Shown one piece after another: positions 39,701 to 48,771 of a DNA stretch of 64,000 nucleotides. Source of the DNA: a virus (lineage: Duplodnaviria; Caudoviricetes); the IMG/VR virus record IMGVR_UViG_3300021399_000098; one strand, written 5' to 3'. The notes under the pieces were generated by a model. It did no database searches. It was given only the letters and a program-made list of their open reading frames with translations, and was not told the DNA's origin. Position 1 is the stretch's first letter. Each line of letters opens with the position of its first letter. Made by a program: the position numbers and the translations under genes.

Positions 39701-40564
39701 ATGATTATTGGTTTTGCTGGAAGAATGCGAAGTGGTAAGACAGAGCTAGCTAAAATATGCGAACAAAATGACTATCAAAAACTATATTTCGCTTTGCCAT
39801 TGAAACAGCTTTGCGCAGATATTCTAGATATATCAATCGATGAACTTAATAGGGCAAAAAATGAGAACACCCCTATTCGACTTACTATTATGGATGATGT
39901 TTGTACCATCCTATCTGAAGAAACTGATATTCCAATAGAAACAACAAGAGAACTGTGTAATGGAAAATATATACATACAGTGAGGGATATGCTACAGTTT
40001 ATTGGTACTGACTACATAAGACGTTATAATATTGACTGGCACGTTAACAAGGTTAGACAGATGATAAATGAAGGTGTTAAATATGTAATTGATGATGTCA
40101 GATTCCCAAACGAAAAACAAATGATAGAAAGTCTAGGAGGTGATGTTTGGTTTATTAGCCGCCCAACATTGGATAACATTTCAAATCATGAATCAGAAAC
40201 ATCTATCACTTGGAACCAGTGTTGGAATAGAATTATAATAAATGATTCAACATTGGCGAACCTACAATTCAAATGGGAAATATTCATGGATGACTATAAA
40301 AAGTCGTTGGAAACAAGAGAAAAAGAATTTAATAGAATACTAGAAAATGGCTTGGACACAAACGAAATTTCACCGTTATCAATACTTGATGTGCTAATGC
40401 TGTCAAAAGCAATGTTTACATATACGCCAAAAGAGTTCTTCAAAGGAGATATTAAAAAAGCAACAATGAACGAGGATAAAACAGTATTTATCACTCACAA
40501 TGACGATTCAATAGAGATTATTGAAAACCCATTGAATATAGAAGATTTAAAAATGTTTTTATAA
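39701..40564 (+). CDS. Deoxynucleoside monophosphate kinase (T4 gp1-like)
   Basis: GRMRSGKT, FALPLK, LQFIGTD, DDVRFPNE, HESE. Confidence 0.85.
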   Translation: MIIGFAGRMRSGKTELAKICEQNDYQKLYFALPLKQLCADILDISIDELNRAKNENTPIRLTIMDDVCTILSEETDIPIETTRELCNGKYIHTVRDMLQFIGTDYIRRYNIDWHVNKVRQMINEGVKYVIDDVRFPNEKQMIESLGGDVWFISRPTLDNISNHESETSITWNQCWNRIIINDSTLANLQFKWEIFMDDYKKSLETREKEFNRILENGLDTNEISPLSILDVLMLSKAMFTYTPKEFFKGDIKKATMNEDKTVFITHNDDSIEIIENPLNIEDLKMFL

Positions 40565-40622
40565 AAAAATGCAACTTCTCATAAATGTTAAATGATAACG
40601 TAAATAAAATTAAAAAACAAAT

Positions 40623-41260
40623 ATGTCAAAAAAGGTAGACTTTAAATATGATAATGGGTCGGAGGTGTTTTTCACCTCCGACACCTAGGTACTCATTTTG
40701 GACATTCAAATATAATCCAATTTTGTGACCGACCATTCTCAAACGTAGAAGAAATGGACTACAACTTGATTAAAAATTGGAATGAAAAAGTTCCTACAGA
40801 TGGGTTGGTATTCCACCTTGGGGATTTCGGATGGGGAGGCTATCAAGAGTATAAGAAAATTAGAGACCAACTTAATGGAAAAATCATACTGATTAAAGGA
40901 AACCATGATTTCCGCAATGGCTGTCAGTCAGAAGCACAGTATAACGAATTGTTTGAATATACGACACAGCAATTGCTCATAGAAATCGAAGGTAGAAAAA
41001 TCTACCTTAATCATGTACCTTTTCTTTGTTATGGTGGAACATACCGTGACCCCAAAGGTTTGGTATATCAACTTTTCGGTCACGTACACTCTGGTCCTGG
41101 AAAAAAAGGAGAAGACCTAGTTAGATTAAAATATCTTTTCCCAACACAGTATGACGTTGGCGTTGATAACAATAACTATACACCAATATCATGGAAAGAA
41201 GTTGATGAAAAAATAGGAAAACAACTTTTAAAAAGCAAATTTAAAAATGGCAAGAATTAA
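40623..41260 (+). CDS. Calcineurin-like metallophosphoesterase, split by an 8-nt insert with an in-frame TAG (putative translational bypass)
   Basis: Frame A gives MSKK...FFTSDT-stop; frame B gives THFGHSNII..HLGDF..GNHD..NHVP..GHVH; joined they restore SDTHFGH. Confidence 0.8.
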
Positions 41261-41780
41261 TCATAATTATCTCACATACGAAAGGAATTACCATAAAATG
41301 ATTGGATATAAGGATTTGTATATGGAAGATGCTTATAAGCACTTTATACATTTTCTTAAGTATATCAAAGTCTACGGTTCTTTCCGTCTGCAAATGACGA
41401 AACTGTTTGGTTCTTTTGCTCAACTATATAAAATATATTTTGAAAAAAGAATATTACACTACCAAGATTTTTGTGATTACCAGTATAGAAATGGTGTACG
41501 CACAACCACTACACTATACCATTGGTATGAAGACCGTATACTACTGTTTCCATTCCTTTACGATTATGATGAAGATAATTATGATGATATACTAAGACGC
41601 GACTTAGACAGAAAAACAATAACCAATTGGTTTGCAGTTAAAGACCTTTGGCTAGAATATTGCAACGAAAATAAACTATACAATTCAACAATTATATTAA
41701 GGAAAACAGATTATGAAGATACTTGTGATACCAGACGTACATGGCAGGAAATTTTGGAAGAATGCGGTTTCATTGTATGA
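41247..41780 (+). CDS. Hypothetical protein
   Basis: Overlaps both neighbouring genes in the operon. Confidence 0.5.
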   Translation: MARINHNYLTYERNYHKMIGYKDLYMEDAYKHFIHFLKYIKVYGSFRLQMTKLFGSFAQLYKIYFEKRILHYQDFCDYQYRNGVRTTTTLYHWYEDRILLFPFLYDYDEDNYDDILRRDLDRKTITNWFAVKDLWLEYCNENKLYNSTIILRKTDYEDTCDTRRTWQEILEECGFIV

Positions 41781-42429
41781 AAACGATTGCAATAAAATCA
41801 TATTCCTAGGAGACTATCTAGACCCATACGAATGGGAAGGAATTACTAGGAAAGAAGCTATAAAAAACTTTGAGGAAATCATAGAATATAAACGCAATAA
41901 TAAAGATAAAGTAATATTGCTGTTGGGAAATCATGACATGTCCTATTGGTCAAAAGAATTCCATACACGCTCAAGATATGACTCAAGCAATGCATACCAC
42001 ATTTCAGATGACTTCAATAAAAATAGAAGCCTATTCCAATTGGCATACGAAGAGAAAATTGGGGATAAAAACTTCCTATTCACTCACGCTGGAGTCATGA
42101 ACTCATGGGTTAAAAGAAATGAAAAAGTGATAGGAACACCAACAGTCGAAAGCCTAAACCATTTGCTACAGATTCCAAGTGGAATTAAAACACTAACAGA
42201 TGTGTCAAACTATAGAACTTGGTTTGGTGATGAGACTGGCAGCATCGTGTGGTCAGACATGAGGGAAAAACAAGACAAACCAAAAGATACTGATGTAGAA
42301 GGATATGATTATCAAATATTCGGTCATACACAACAAGACGAAGACGCAGTAATTACAGATAAATGGGCTTGCCTAGATTGTAGAAAAGCATTCATATTGA
42401 CAGAAGACGGAAAATTACAAGAATGCTAA
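41713..42429 (+). CDS. Metallophosphoesterase
   Basis: DVHG, GDYLD, GNHD, THAG, GHT. Confidence 0.88.
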   Translation: MKILVIPDVHGRKFWKNAVSLYENDCNKIIFLGDYLDPYEWEGITRKEAIKNFEEIIEYKRNNKDKVILLLGNHDMSYWSKEFHTRSRYDSSNAYHISDDFNKNRSLFQLAYEEKIGDKNFLFTHAGVMNSWVKRNEKVIGTPTVESLNHLLQIPSGIKTLTDVSNYRTWFGDETGSIVWSDMREKQDKPKDTDVEGYDYQIFGHTQQDEDAVITDKWACLDCRKAFILTEDGKLQEC

Positions 42430-42461
42430 AAAAAGAGTGAGGGTTTTACCCCACTCTTTTT
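42429..42461. terminator. Bidirectional terminator
   Basis: AAAAGAGTG..CACTCTTTT between convergent operons. Confidence 0.7.
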
Positions 42462-42521
42462 ATGTTAGTAACATACCAAAATTATCATATTTGATGCGTT
42501 TTGTATGCGTTGTTTGTTTAT

Positions 42522-44030
42522 TTATTTTTTCTTACCAAAGTTTCTAGCAAAATTTGCCTTTTTTTCCATTTTAGGGGAGTATTTCTCTGGATTTGTCAAC
42601 ACTTCATTAGCAAACTCTTGTACTCCCATGTTGTGCTTCGTTGCAGCAGCCGTGAAAGTACCTTCTTTTGATTTAGCTATTTTAATTGGTTTTTTTTCCT
42701 TTGATTCAGTAATCCCCTCATGCTGTTTCTTCTTCAAATAATTAATACCATTGTAAGAGTAAGCCTCCAATATGTTGACAATGGAATTCTTTACCATTTC
42801 CTTAAGCTCTAGTTCGGATAATTTAACCTCTTTGTTTTCATTTTTCGCATCTAAAGCTTCAAGTTCATTTTGGTATTCTTCAAAATCTTCTGGACCACTA
42901 CCATTTAATCCTAAACTGTGCATTGCAAGCTCATGAGCATGACTGCTACCATTTTCTATTCCGCGATGCGCAGCCATAGCCATTTTTTTTATGTTATTAT
43001 ATTCTTGTATCAAATTGATTGTAGCCTCTTTAACCACTTGTTTAAGTTCTGCCTCAGTTAATCTAATTTCATTACCCTCTTCAACGCTATTCCTAACATC
43101 TGGAGTCATTTTTTTCAATTTTTCAAGGCTACTTTTATATAATTTGTCATTTAATCCTTTACGAGCTTTATCCAAATGCTCTTCTTCATTTTTGTCAAAC
43201 CATCTGTTCATAAAATTATTTTTATCAATTGATTTGTTTCTTATTTTTTTATCCTCTAGCTCATCATATAATTCCTTCCCAAGATTCGAAAACTTGATGT
43301 TAGCCTTATACTTACCATCACCAACTTCAATGAAATCTATCATACCTTTATATGTCTTTCCATTATCAGCATTAAGACTTACAATAATCATATCATCAAC
43401 AGTATCCTTATACTCCAAAGAACCAACCTTTTCCAAATTCCTCTTGAAAAACTTAAAAGCATCATCCATGCTATCAAATGTCCTTGAGTTGAATTGGCCA
43501 TTCTTCCCACTTGAAATCGCATCCAAACGCTTCAATATGCCGCTATCAGAAGATGGCTTGGTGCCAGGAAATATTGTACGAATGTTCTCCTCCTTCCTAT
43601 AACCCTCGTTAATTTTGTCTCTAAGCCTCCTTTTTAACTCCTCCTTAAGAGTAAAATTTACAAGGTATAACTTCCTCTGCATATCACTTAAAAAACTTTC
43701 GCAGTCACTTCTCATACCAATATATTTATCGCCCTTTTCTCCAAGTTTTTTATAAAATTTATTGGTACAATCAATTACAGATTCCACAAATTCCTTTAAC
43801 GTGCCAACTTCGCCAAATTCTTGATTCGTTGGTTTGAACATTTCTTTTGGCAACTTGCCACTTATTGACTGTTCAACTTCTGACACTTGGTCTTGAAAAT
43901 CTGCAATCCTTTCAGCAATGTCATCACATAACTCATGCTGTGACAATGAATTGGCATCCCAATGCAATGCCTTTATCTTAGTCTTAAATACCTCTAATTT
44001 TTCAATAAAAGCTAATATACTCTTGTCCAT
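42522..44030 (-). CDS. Multi-module late protein: ferritin/Dps-like N-terminus, internal LTE repeats, basic C-terminal module
   Basis: LHW..QHELCD..D...E ferritin-like pattern; IRLTEAELKQVVKE and VKLSELELKEMVKNS. Confidence 0.6.
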   Translation of the reverse strand: MDKSILAFIEKLEVFKTKIKALHWDANSLSQHELCDDIAERIADFQDQVSEVEQSISGKLPKEMFKPTNQEFGEVGTLKEFVESVIDCTNKFYKKLGEKGDKYIGMRSDCESFLSDMQRKLYLVNFTLKEELKRRLRDKINEGYRKEENIRTIFPGTKPSSDSGILKRLDAISSGKNGQFNSRTFDSMDDAFKFFKRNLEKVGSLEYKDTVDDMIIVSLNADNGKTYKGMIDFIEVGDGKYKANIKFSNLGKELYDELEDKKIRNKSIDKNNFMNRWFDKNEEEHLDKARKGLNDKLYKSSLEKLKKMTPDVRNSVEEGNEIRLTEAELKQVVKEATINLIQEYNNIKKMAMAAHRGIENGSSHAHELAMHSLGLNGSGPEDFEEYQNELEALDAKNENKEVKLSELELKEMVKNSIVNILEAYSYNGINYLKKKQHEGITESKEKKPIKIAKSKEGTFTAAATKHNMGVQEFANEVLTNPEKYSPKMEKKANFARNFGKKK

Positions 44031-44040
44031 AACTTAAAAT

Positions 44041-44358
44041 TTATCTCAATGTTTTATTTAATTCTTTTGGCATTTCAGGGTCATTGAATACATATCCCAA
44101 ACGCTTCGCATAATTCATTAATCCATTGCTATATTTCGATGGGTAATAATACCCATGACAAGGGGAAACCTCTTTCTTAAAATGATTTACAAGACCAATA
44201 GAATAACCGTTGTCAGTCAAAAATTGGCAGTCCTTGTTGTCATCGCCATTAAAAGAATATTTGTCACCCTTTCCAAAACCCTCCAATATTATAGCTACAG
44301 ATTCTTTTACAATCTTATGCAAATCGGATTCAGTAAGCCTAATTACATTTTTATTCAT
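44041..44358 (-). CDS. Putative internal head protein with LTESDLH leader
   Basis: MNKNVIRLTESDLHKIVKESVAIILE. Confidence 0.6.
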   Translation of the reverse strand: MNKNVIRLTESDLHKIVKESVAIILEGFGKGDKYSFNGDDNKDCQFLTDNGYSIGLVNHFKKEVSPCHGYYYPSKYSNGLMNYAKRLGYVFNDPEMPKELNKTLR

Positions 44359-44373
44359 ATTTTTTAATTCCTT

Positions 44374-44790
44374 TTAAGGTTCATCTGTTATATCATCACC
44401 ACCATCATCAACACTGTCATCCATGTCAACAATCTGGTTTTTCTTTCTTCTTTTCATTCTTCTTTCACTTCTCAAGTCCTCCAAATCTTCTTCTGTTTCA
44501 ATCTGCATCTTCTCGTTTTCAACCCAAGAACGAGTCTTCAACCTAGAGTCAACATAAGCCTTTGGAGCACCACTGCCAAGAATGTAAATGCCACTAGCCA
44601 TCAACAACATAGCCATGTCTCCCATATCAGTATCTACCTTGCCATCATAAACAACATCAAACACCAATACAAAACACATGACCAAACCCACAATTACACC
44701 CATAAGGGCAGATACCAACAACGTTATGCTGTTAACACTCATTGACGATTTGTCATCAATTGAGGCTTTTATATTCCTAATTACTCCCAT
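44374..44790 (-). CDS. Two-TM membrane protein (holin candidate)
   Basis: Two hydrophobic segments, charged tail, late-promoter variant TATTTATG. Confidence 0.45.
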   Translation of the reverse strand: MGVIRNIKASIDDKSSMSVNSITLLVSALMGVIVGLVMCFVLVFDVVYDGKVDTDMGDMAMLLMASGIYILGSGAPKAYVDSRLKTRSWVENEKMQIETEEDLEDLRSERRMKRRKKNQIVDMDDSVDDGGDDITDEP

Positions 44791-44846
44791 ATTACATAAA
44801 TATTAAATAAAAAACAAAAATGCAGCCATTTCTAGCTGCATTTATT

Positions 44847-46082
44847 TTATTCTGTGGCGATTATACTTTCGTCATCAGATACCTTCTTAAGAAATGTTCT
44901 TTGGCCTGGAATTCCACGAACCTCAACATCGTTTGCTACCATTTCACCATTAATTACCTCTTCAATGGTTTCCCTTATTATTTGCTTGTAATCTTTCATT
45001 TTGTTTTCTGTTATGAATCCGTTATCTTTAGCATATTTGTAAACAATCTTCGCATACATGCTCTTATTTACAGCAAATGAGCTGTTTTTAAAGTTCAATG
45101 ATTTTACACCGTTGAAATTTAAATTAATATTATCAGTTTTCCAATCAATAGTCATAACCATTTTAAAGTTGGAATTTGGCTCTGTCAACTCATACTGGTT
45201 AGTATTCTTACGATTTGCCCAAATTTTTTCATACATAGAATTTAAAGCTTTGCCAAACCAATTCAAATAATCTTCATCAGACATTTTCTTAACATCCTCA
45301 GTGTCTTCGAAATCTGGATTTATAACAGTCCTTTCAATAAACTCCATCTGGTGTTCCTTAATTTGTTTGTCCTTTTCGTCAGAAGCAGTCCACCAACCCC
45401 TTGATGTCTGGTTCTTCAATCTTATGTCGTTTTCATCAAAACTCCTATACCAATCAACATAAGCACTCCAATTCCTATAATAGCTATGAGTGGTTATCTC
45501 TTGTATGTACTTCCTCATGCCTAATTTGTTCGTTTTAATTTTAAACCAAGGTTTTACTGCTGTCTTTCCAATTTCCCTTATATATCCAATAATAGCACCT
45601 TCACTGTTTTTTTTGTTAATCTTCTCTTGCTCCTTTTCAGACCAATGCATTTCACTTGACTGCCATTCAGCAACTTTAGTGTGAACTGTGAAACCCAAAT
45701 TCATTGCATTAATCCTATTACACTCAGATTGAAACCAACTGCCATGAGAATCATAACCCCTAACTGCCGCATAAGTAATGCCACGATAAGTGTACCTCTT
45801 AGTGACATAATGTTGAGGATTAGTACAATAATCCAATATATGTATCATTTCATGAACAAGAATGCTCTCTTGGGCATTTTCTGACATATCACGCTTATCA
45901 GTCATTTCTATAAAAACTGGAGTCACAGTGCCATTGCGCCATGATATAGTACCCCTAGCTCTACCCCAAGCCCTAGTAAGACGGTTATTTATGGCGAACC
46001 TTATCATAGGTAACTGACCACCAAATAACGATTTATTGAACTTGTCATAATTGACACGCATCCATTCTGTAGTAACTATCAT
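44847..46082 (-). CDS. SprT-like zinc metalloprotease
   Basis: FNKSLFGGQLP, HEMIH, HGSWF; TATTTATA at 46108-46115. Confidence 0.8.
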   Translation of the reverse strand: MIVTTEWMRVNYDKFNKSLFGGQLPMIRFAINNRLTRAWGRARGTISWRNGTVTPVFIEMTDKRDMSENAQESILVHEMIHILDYCTNPQHYVTKRYTYRGITYAAVRGYDSHGSWFQSECNRINAMNLGFTVHTKVAEWQSSEMHWSEKEQEKINKKNSEGAIIGYIREIGKTAVKPWFKIKTNKLGMRKYIQEITTHSYYRNWSAYVDWYRSFDENDIRLKNQTSRGWWTASDEKDKQIKEHQMEFIERTVINPDFEDTEDVKKMSDEDYLNWFGKALNSMYEKIWANRKNTNQYELTEPNSNFKMVMTIDWKTDNINLNFNGVKSLNFKNSSFAVNKSMYAKIVYKYAKDNGFITENKMKDYKQIIRETIEEVINGEMVANDVEVRGIPGQRTFLKKVSDDESIIATE

Positions 46083-46167
46083 AATTGTAAATAAAAACTT
46101 AATTAAATATAAATATTTCTTGTTCTTATTTTGTATTTACAAAATTTATATATATCTTTGCCCTAAT

Positions 46168-46632
46168 ATGAAAGTAATTAGAACAAATCAACCGTATACA
46201 AGAAAATTGGTAACAGAAGATAAAACGTCAATGTATATCTTCACAGACAATACAGATAGGGATAGTGGGAAGACACTCATCCCATCCGATTCATGGTATG
46301 TACAGAAATATGGGGAAGGTAAACACTACCCAACAATGACAACAGCACTCATCAGAGGACTAGATAACGCTTACCCAATCACAACACAACGTTGGTATAA
46401 TTCACAACATAAAGGAAACACTGGACGTTGGACAGACAATGACCTAGAAGAGTTTAAAAAAGTCATAGATGACGATTTCCAAGAAATAATAAAGAATGCA
46501 GATAAATTCGAACAAATTGTATTCCCAATAGGAGGGATATTCAATTCAAAAATATCTGCAATCAACAAACAAAGAACACCAAAATTGTATGAATATCTTA
46601 TGAATAAGTGTATGACATTACTTGATGTCTAA
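46168..46632 (+). CDS. Conserved phage hypothetical protein (YIFTDN motif)
   Basis: ATG after a TATCTTTG promoter. Confidence 0.55.
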   Translation: MKVIRTNQPYTRKLVTEDKTSMYIFTDNTDRDSGKTLIPSDSWYVQKYGEGKHYPTMTTALIRGLDNAYPITTQRWYNSQHKGNTGRWTDNDLEEFKKVIDDDFQEIIKNADKFEQIVFPIGGIFNSKISAINKQRTPKLYEYLMNKCMTLLDV

Positions 46633-46633
46633 C

Positions 46634-47140
46634 TTATTCCCAAACATTGAACTCACAAATAACCTCAATCTCTTCGTCATAGTTGACACTAACACTACAT
46701 GCCTTGTAGTTGCGAGGATTAATGGCATCTTCCAACATTTCACCAATCTCCGCAATCTTATTGGTGTACTCTTCATAGCTAGCATCATCACCATATAATG
46801 TGGTTGGGTCAATACCCAAACCTAAGACATACTTGAAAGACAAGCCTTCGTTTGGGTTGTCACAAAAGTCTTCCAAGTTGTTCTCAATGTCACTGACATT
46901 AAGCCCATAGTTCTGAACACACTGAGACAATACATTGAAAAAAGTATTGTACTCTTCAATGAAAAGCCTAATCTCTTGGGCATATCTCTCAAATCTCTCA
47001 GCAACCATGCTGATGTCACTAGTAACCTCACCAACATTGGCAGAATCCAAGGCAGATGCCTCAGAAAGCACCTTGCCAACAGATGCGCCAAATATCTTGT
47101 TTAAACTCTCTTCAGTTAACCTTACAATTTTCTTACCCAT
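46634..47140 (-). CDS. Putative internal head protein with LTE leader
   Basis: MGKKIVRLTEESLNKIFGASVGKVLSE; TATTTATA at 47163-47170. Confidence 0.6.
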   Translation of the reverse strand: MGKKIVRLTEESLNKIFGASVGKVLSEASALDSANVGEVTSDISMVAERFERYAQEIRLFIEEYNTFFNVLSQCVQNYGLNVSDIENNLEDFCDNPNEGLSFKYVLGLGIDPTTLYGDDASYEEYTNKIAEIGEMLEDAINPRNYKACSVSVNYDEEIEVICEFNVWE

Positions 47141-47263
47141 AAGTAAATCTGTTTATTTAAACTATAAATAGTTAAAATTATATAAAAAAACATACATACA
47201 TTATATAATTAAAAAACTTTTTTATATATTTGCACAAAAATCATTTATAAACATACATAGAAC

Positions 47264-47623
47264 ATGAGCACAAACGACATTGCAATGAAACACAGTAAAG
47301 AACTTAAACTCAAGTTCCTACAGTTCCTTAAAGCAAATGATGCATTAAAAAAATATAAACAAAACATCATCGCACAATCAATCGATAAAACAAGATTGGG
47401 CGATGTCTTGAGCATACTGTCTTGCCAAAAGTTTATAGCGGTAAACAGCAGATGCGGACAAAACTTTCCGTATTACCAATATTTCATACAACTAATCAAC
47501 TACGCATTCTGCTGGTCAGATACCCCACAAGGGCATGACTATTGGTCAGAATTGAGCGTAGAGTGGGGAGACGAAGTGGAAGCATTCATATTAGAAAAAA
47601 TTCGTATTAGAAAAAGGTGCTAA
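47264..47623 (+). CDS. Hypothetical protein, paralog A1
   Basis: Shares LKLKFLQFLK and QLINYAFCWSDTPQGH with the next ORF. Confidence 0.7.
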   Translation: MSTNDIAMKHSKELKLKFLQFLKANDALKKYKQNIIAQSIDKTRLGDVLSILSCQKFIAVNSRCGQNFPYYQYFIQLINYAFCWSDTPQGHDYWSELSVEWGDEVEAFILEKIRIRKRC

Positions 47624-47626
47624 AGT

Positions 47627-47980
47627 ATGAAACCAATTTATGCTAATAAAATAGCAAAAGAACATAGTGGGGAACTTAAACTCAAGTTCCTACAGTTCCT
47701 AAAGGAACATGATGCATTAGACAATTATAAGAAAAACATCATGAAATTTATCAATAAATCAAGATTTGGTGACGTTATGAACGTATTGTCATGCCCAAGG
47801 ATAATAGATTTGCTGTATAAAGGAAATGGGGAAGTTAATTACTATGAATATTTTATACAGCTAATCAACTACGCATTCTGCTGGTCAGATACCCCACAAG
47901 GACACTACTATTGGTCAGAATTGAATATCCTATGGAGAGGCGAAGTATTAAATTTTATTCAAAATAAAGTAATGATATGA
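47627..47980 (+). CDS. Hypothetical protein, paralog A2
   Basis: Tandem duplicate of 47264-47623. Confidence 0.7.
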   Translation: MKPIYANKIAKEHSGELKLKFLQFLKEHDALDNYKKNIMKFINKSRFGDVMNVLSCPRIIDLLYKGNGEVNYYEYFIQLINYAFCWSDTPQGHYYWSELNILWRGEVLNFIQNKVMI

Positions 47981-48363
47981 ACATAAGATATTATCCATTT
48001 AACCATCAAATAAAAACAGTGGGAGAACTACGACAATATGTAGGACTACCACTCTATTTCTATTATGATGACCACCACGTAGGAACAAATAAAATACTCT
48101 ACGCTTGGATAAAGACATTAGCATATGTGAATGGATTATATGACGCCAATAGACCAGTAAGTGGAGTGACAACATGGGGATATAATACACTGCAAATGAT
48201 TAAAAACTATAAAGATAATATACAATTTATATCAACAGAAGACCATAAAATACAAAAACACTCAAACGCACAACAATATATAAGAGCACTTACGAGAGAA
48301 GAATTTGACCTCTATAAAAAAATGACATTAAAAAGAAGACTTGTACCCAATTGGATTAAATAA
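47977..48363 (+). CDS. Hypothetical protein, paralog B1
   Basis: IKTVGELRQYVG...RALTREEFDLYKK. Confidence 0.6.
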   Translation: MNIRYYPFNHQIKTVGELRQYVGLPLYFYYDDHHVGTNKILYAWIKTLAYVNGLYDANRPVSGVTTWGYNTLQMIKNYKDNIQFISTEDHKIQKHSNAQQYIRALTREEFDLYKKMTLKRRLVPNWIK

Positions 48364-48402
48364 GAAGAATATAAACCATATTCATATTCATTCATGTAAA
48401 TT

Positions 48403-48771
48403 ATGAGTAACATTACAACAATAGAAGAATTAAAACAAAGAATAGGAAAATTCGTAGTCCTATCTAATGACTGCACAACTTGCATTAAACTACTCACAAA
48501 AGTGGAAGATGGATGGCTAAGACATGCACCACTATGCGCAAAAGAAAAAGAACTGTCAGAACTCTACGGATATACAGTGTGGGGAAAATACTCAGCACAA
48601 ATAAATCCATTCAAACCTTTCGCATATGACATCAATAAAGAATCATACTCCAATTGCTATATGTGCGCAAGAGACCCAACAGAACAAGAATTAAAAGCAT
48701 ATAAACAAAAATGGAGAGAAATATTTTTCCTACATAAAATGAAAAGAAAAAATCTACCTTGGATGATGTGA
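48403..48771 (+). CDS. Hypothetical protein, paralog B2
   Basis: ITTIEELKQRIG...RDPTEQELKAYKQ. Confidence 0.6.
   Translation: MSNITTIEELKQRIGKFVVLSNDCTTCIKLLTKVEDGWLRHAPLCAKEKELSELYGYTVWGKYSAQINPFKPFAYDINKESYSNCYMCARDPTEQELKAYKQKWREIFFLHKMKRKNLPWMM

Noticed and set aside
40664-40673. -1 frameshift at GTG TTT TTC as the explanation for the split phosphoesterase
   Set aside because: It reaches the right frame but yields FHLRHLGTHFGH, losing the metal-binding Asp, and the hairpin overlaps the site instead of lying downstream.
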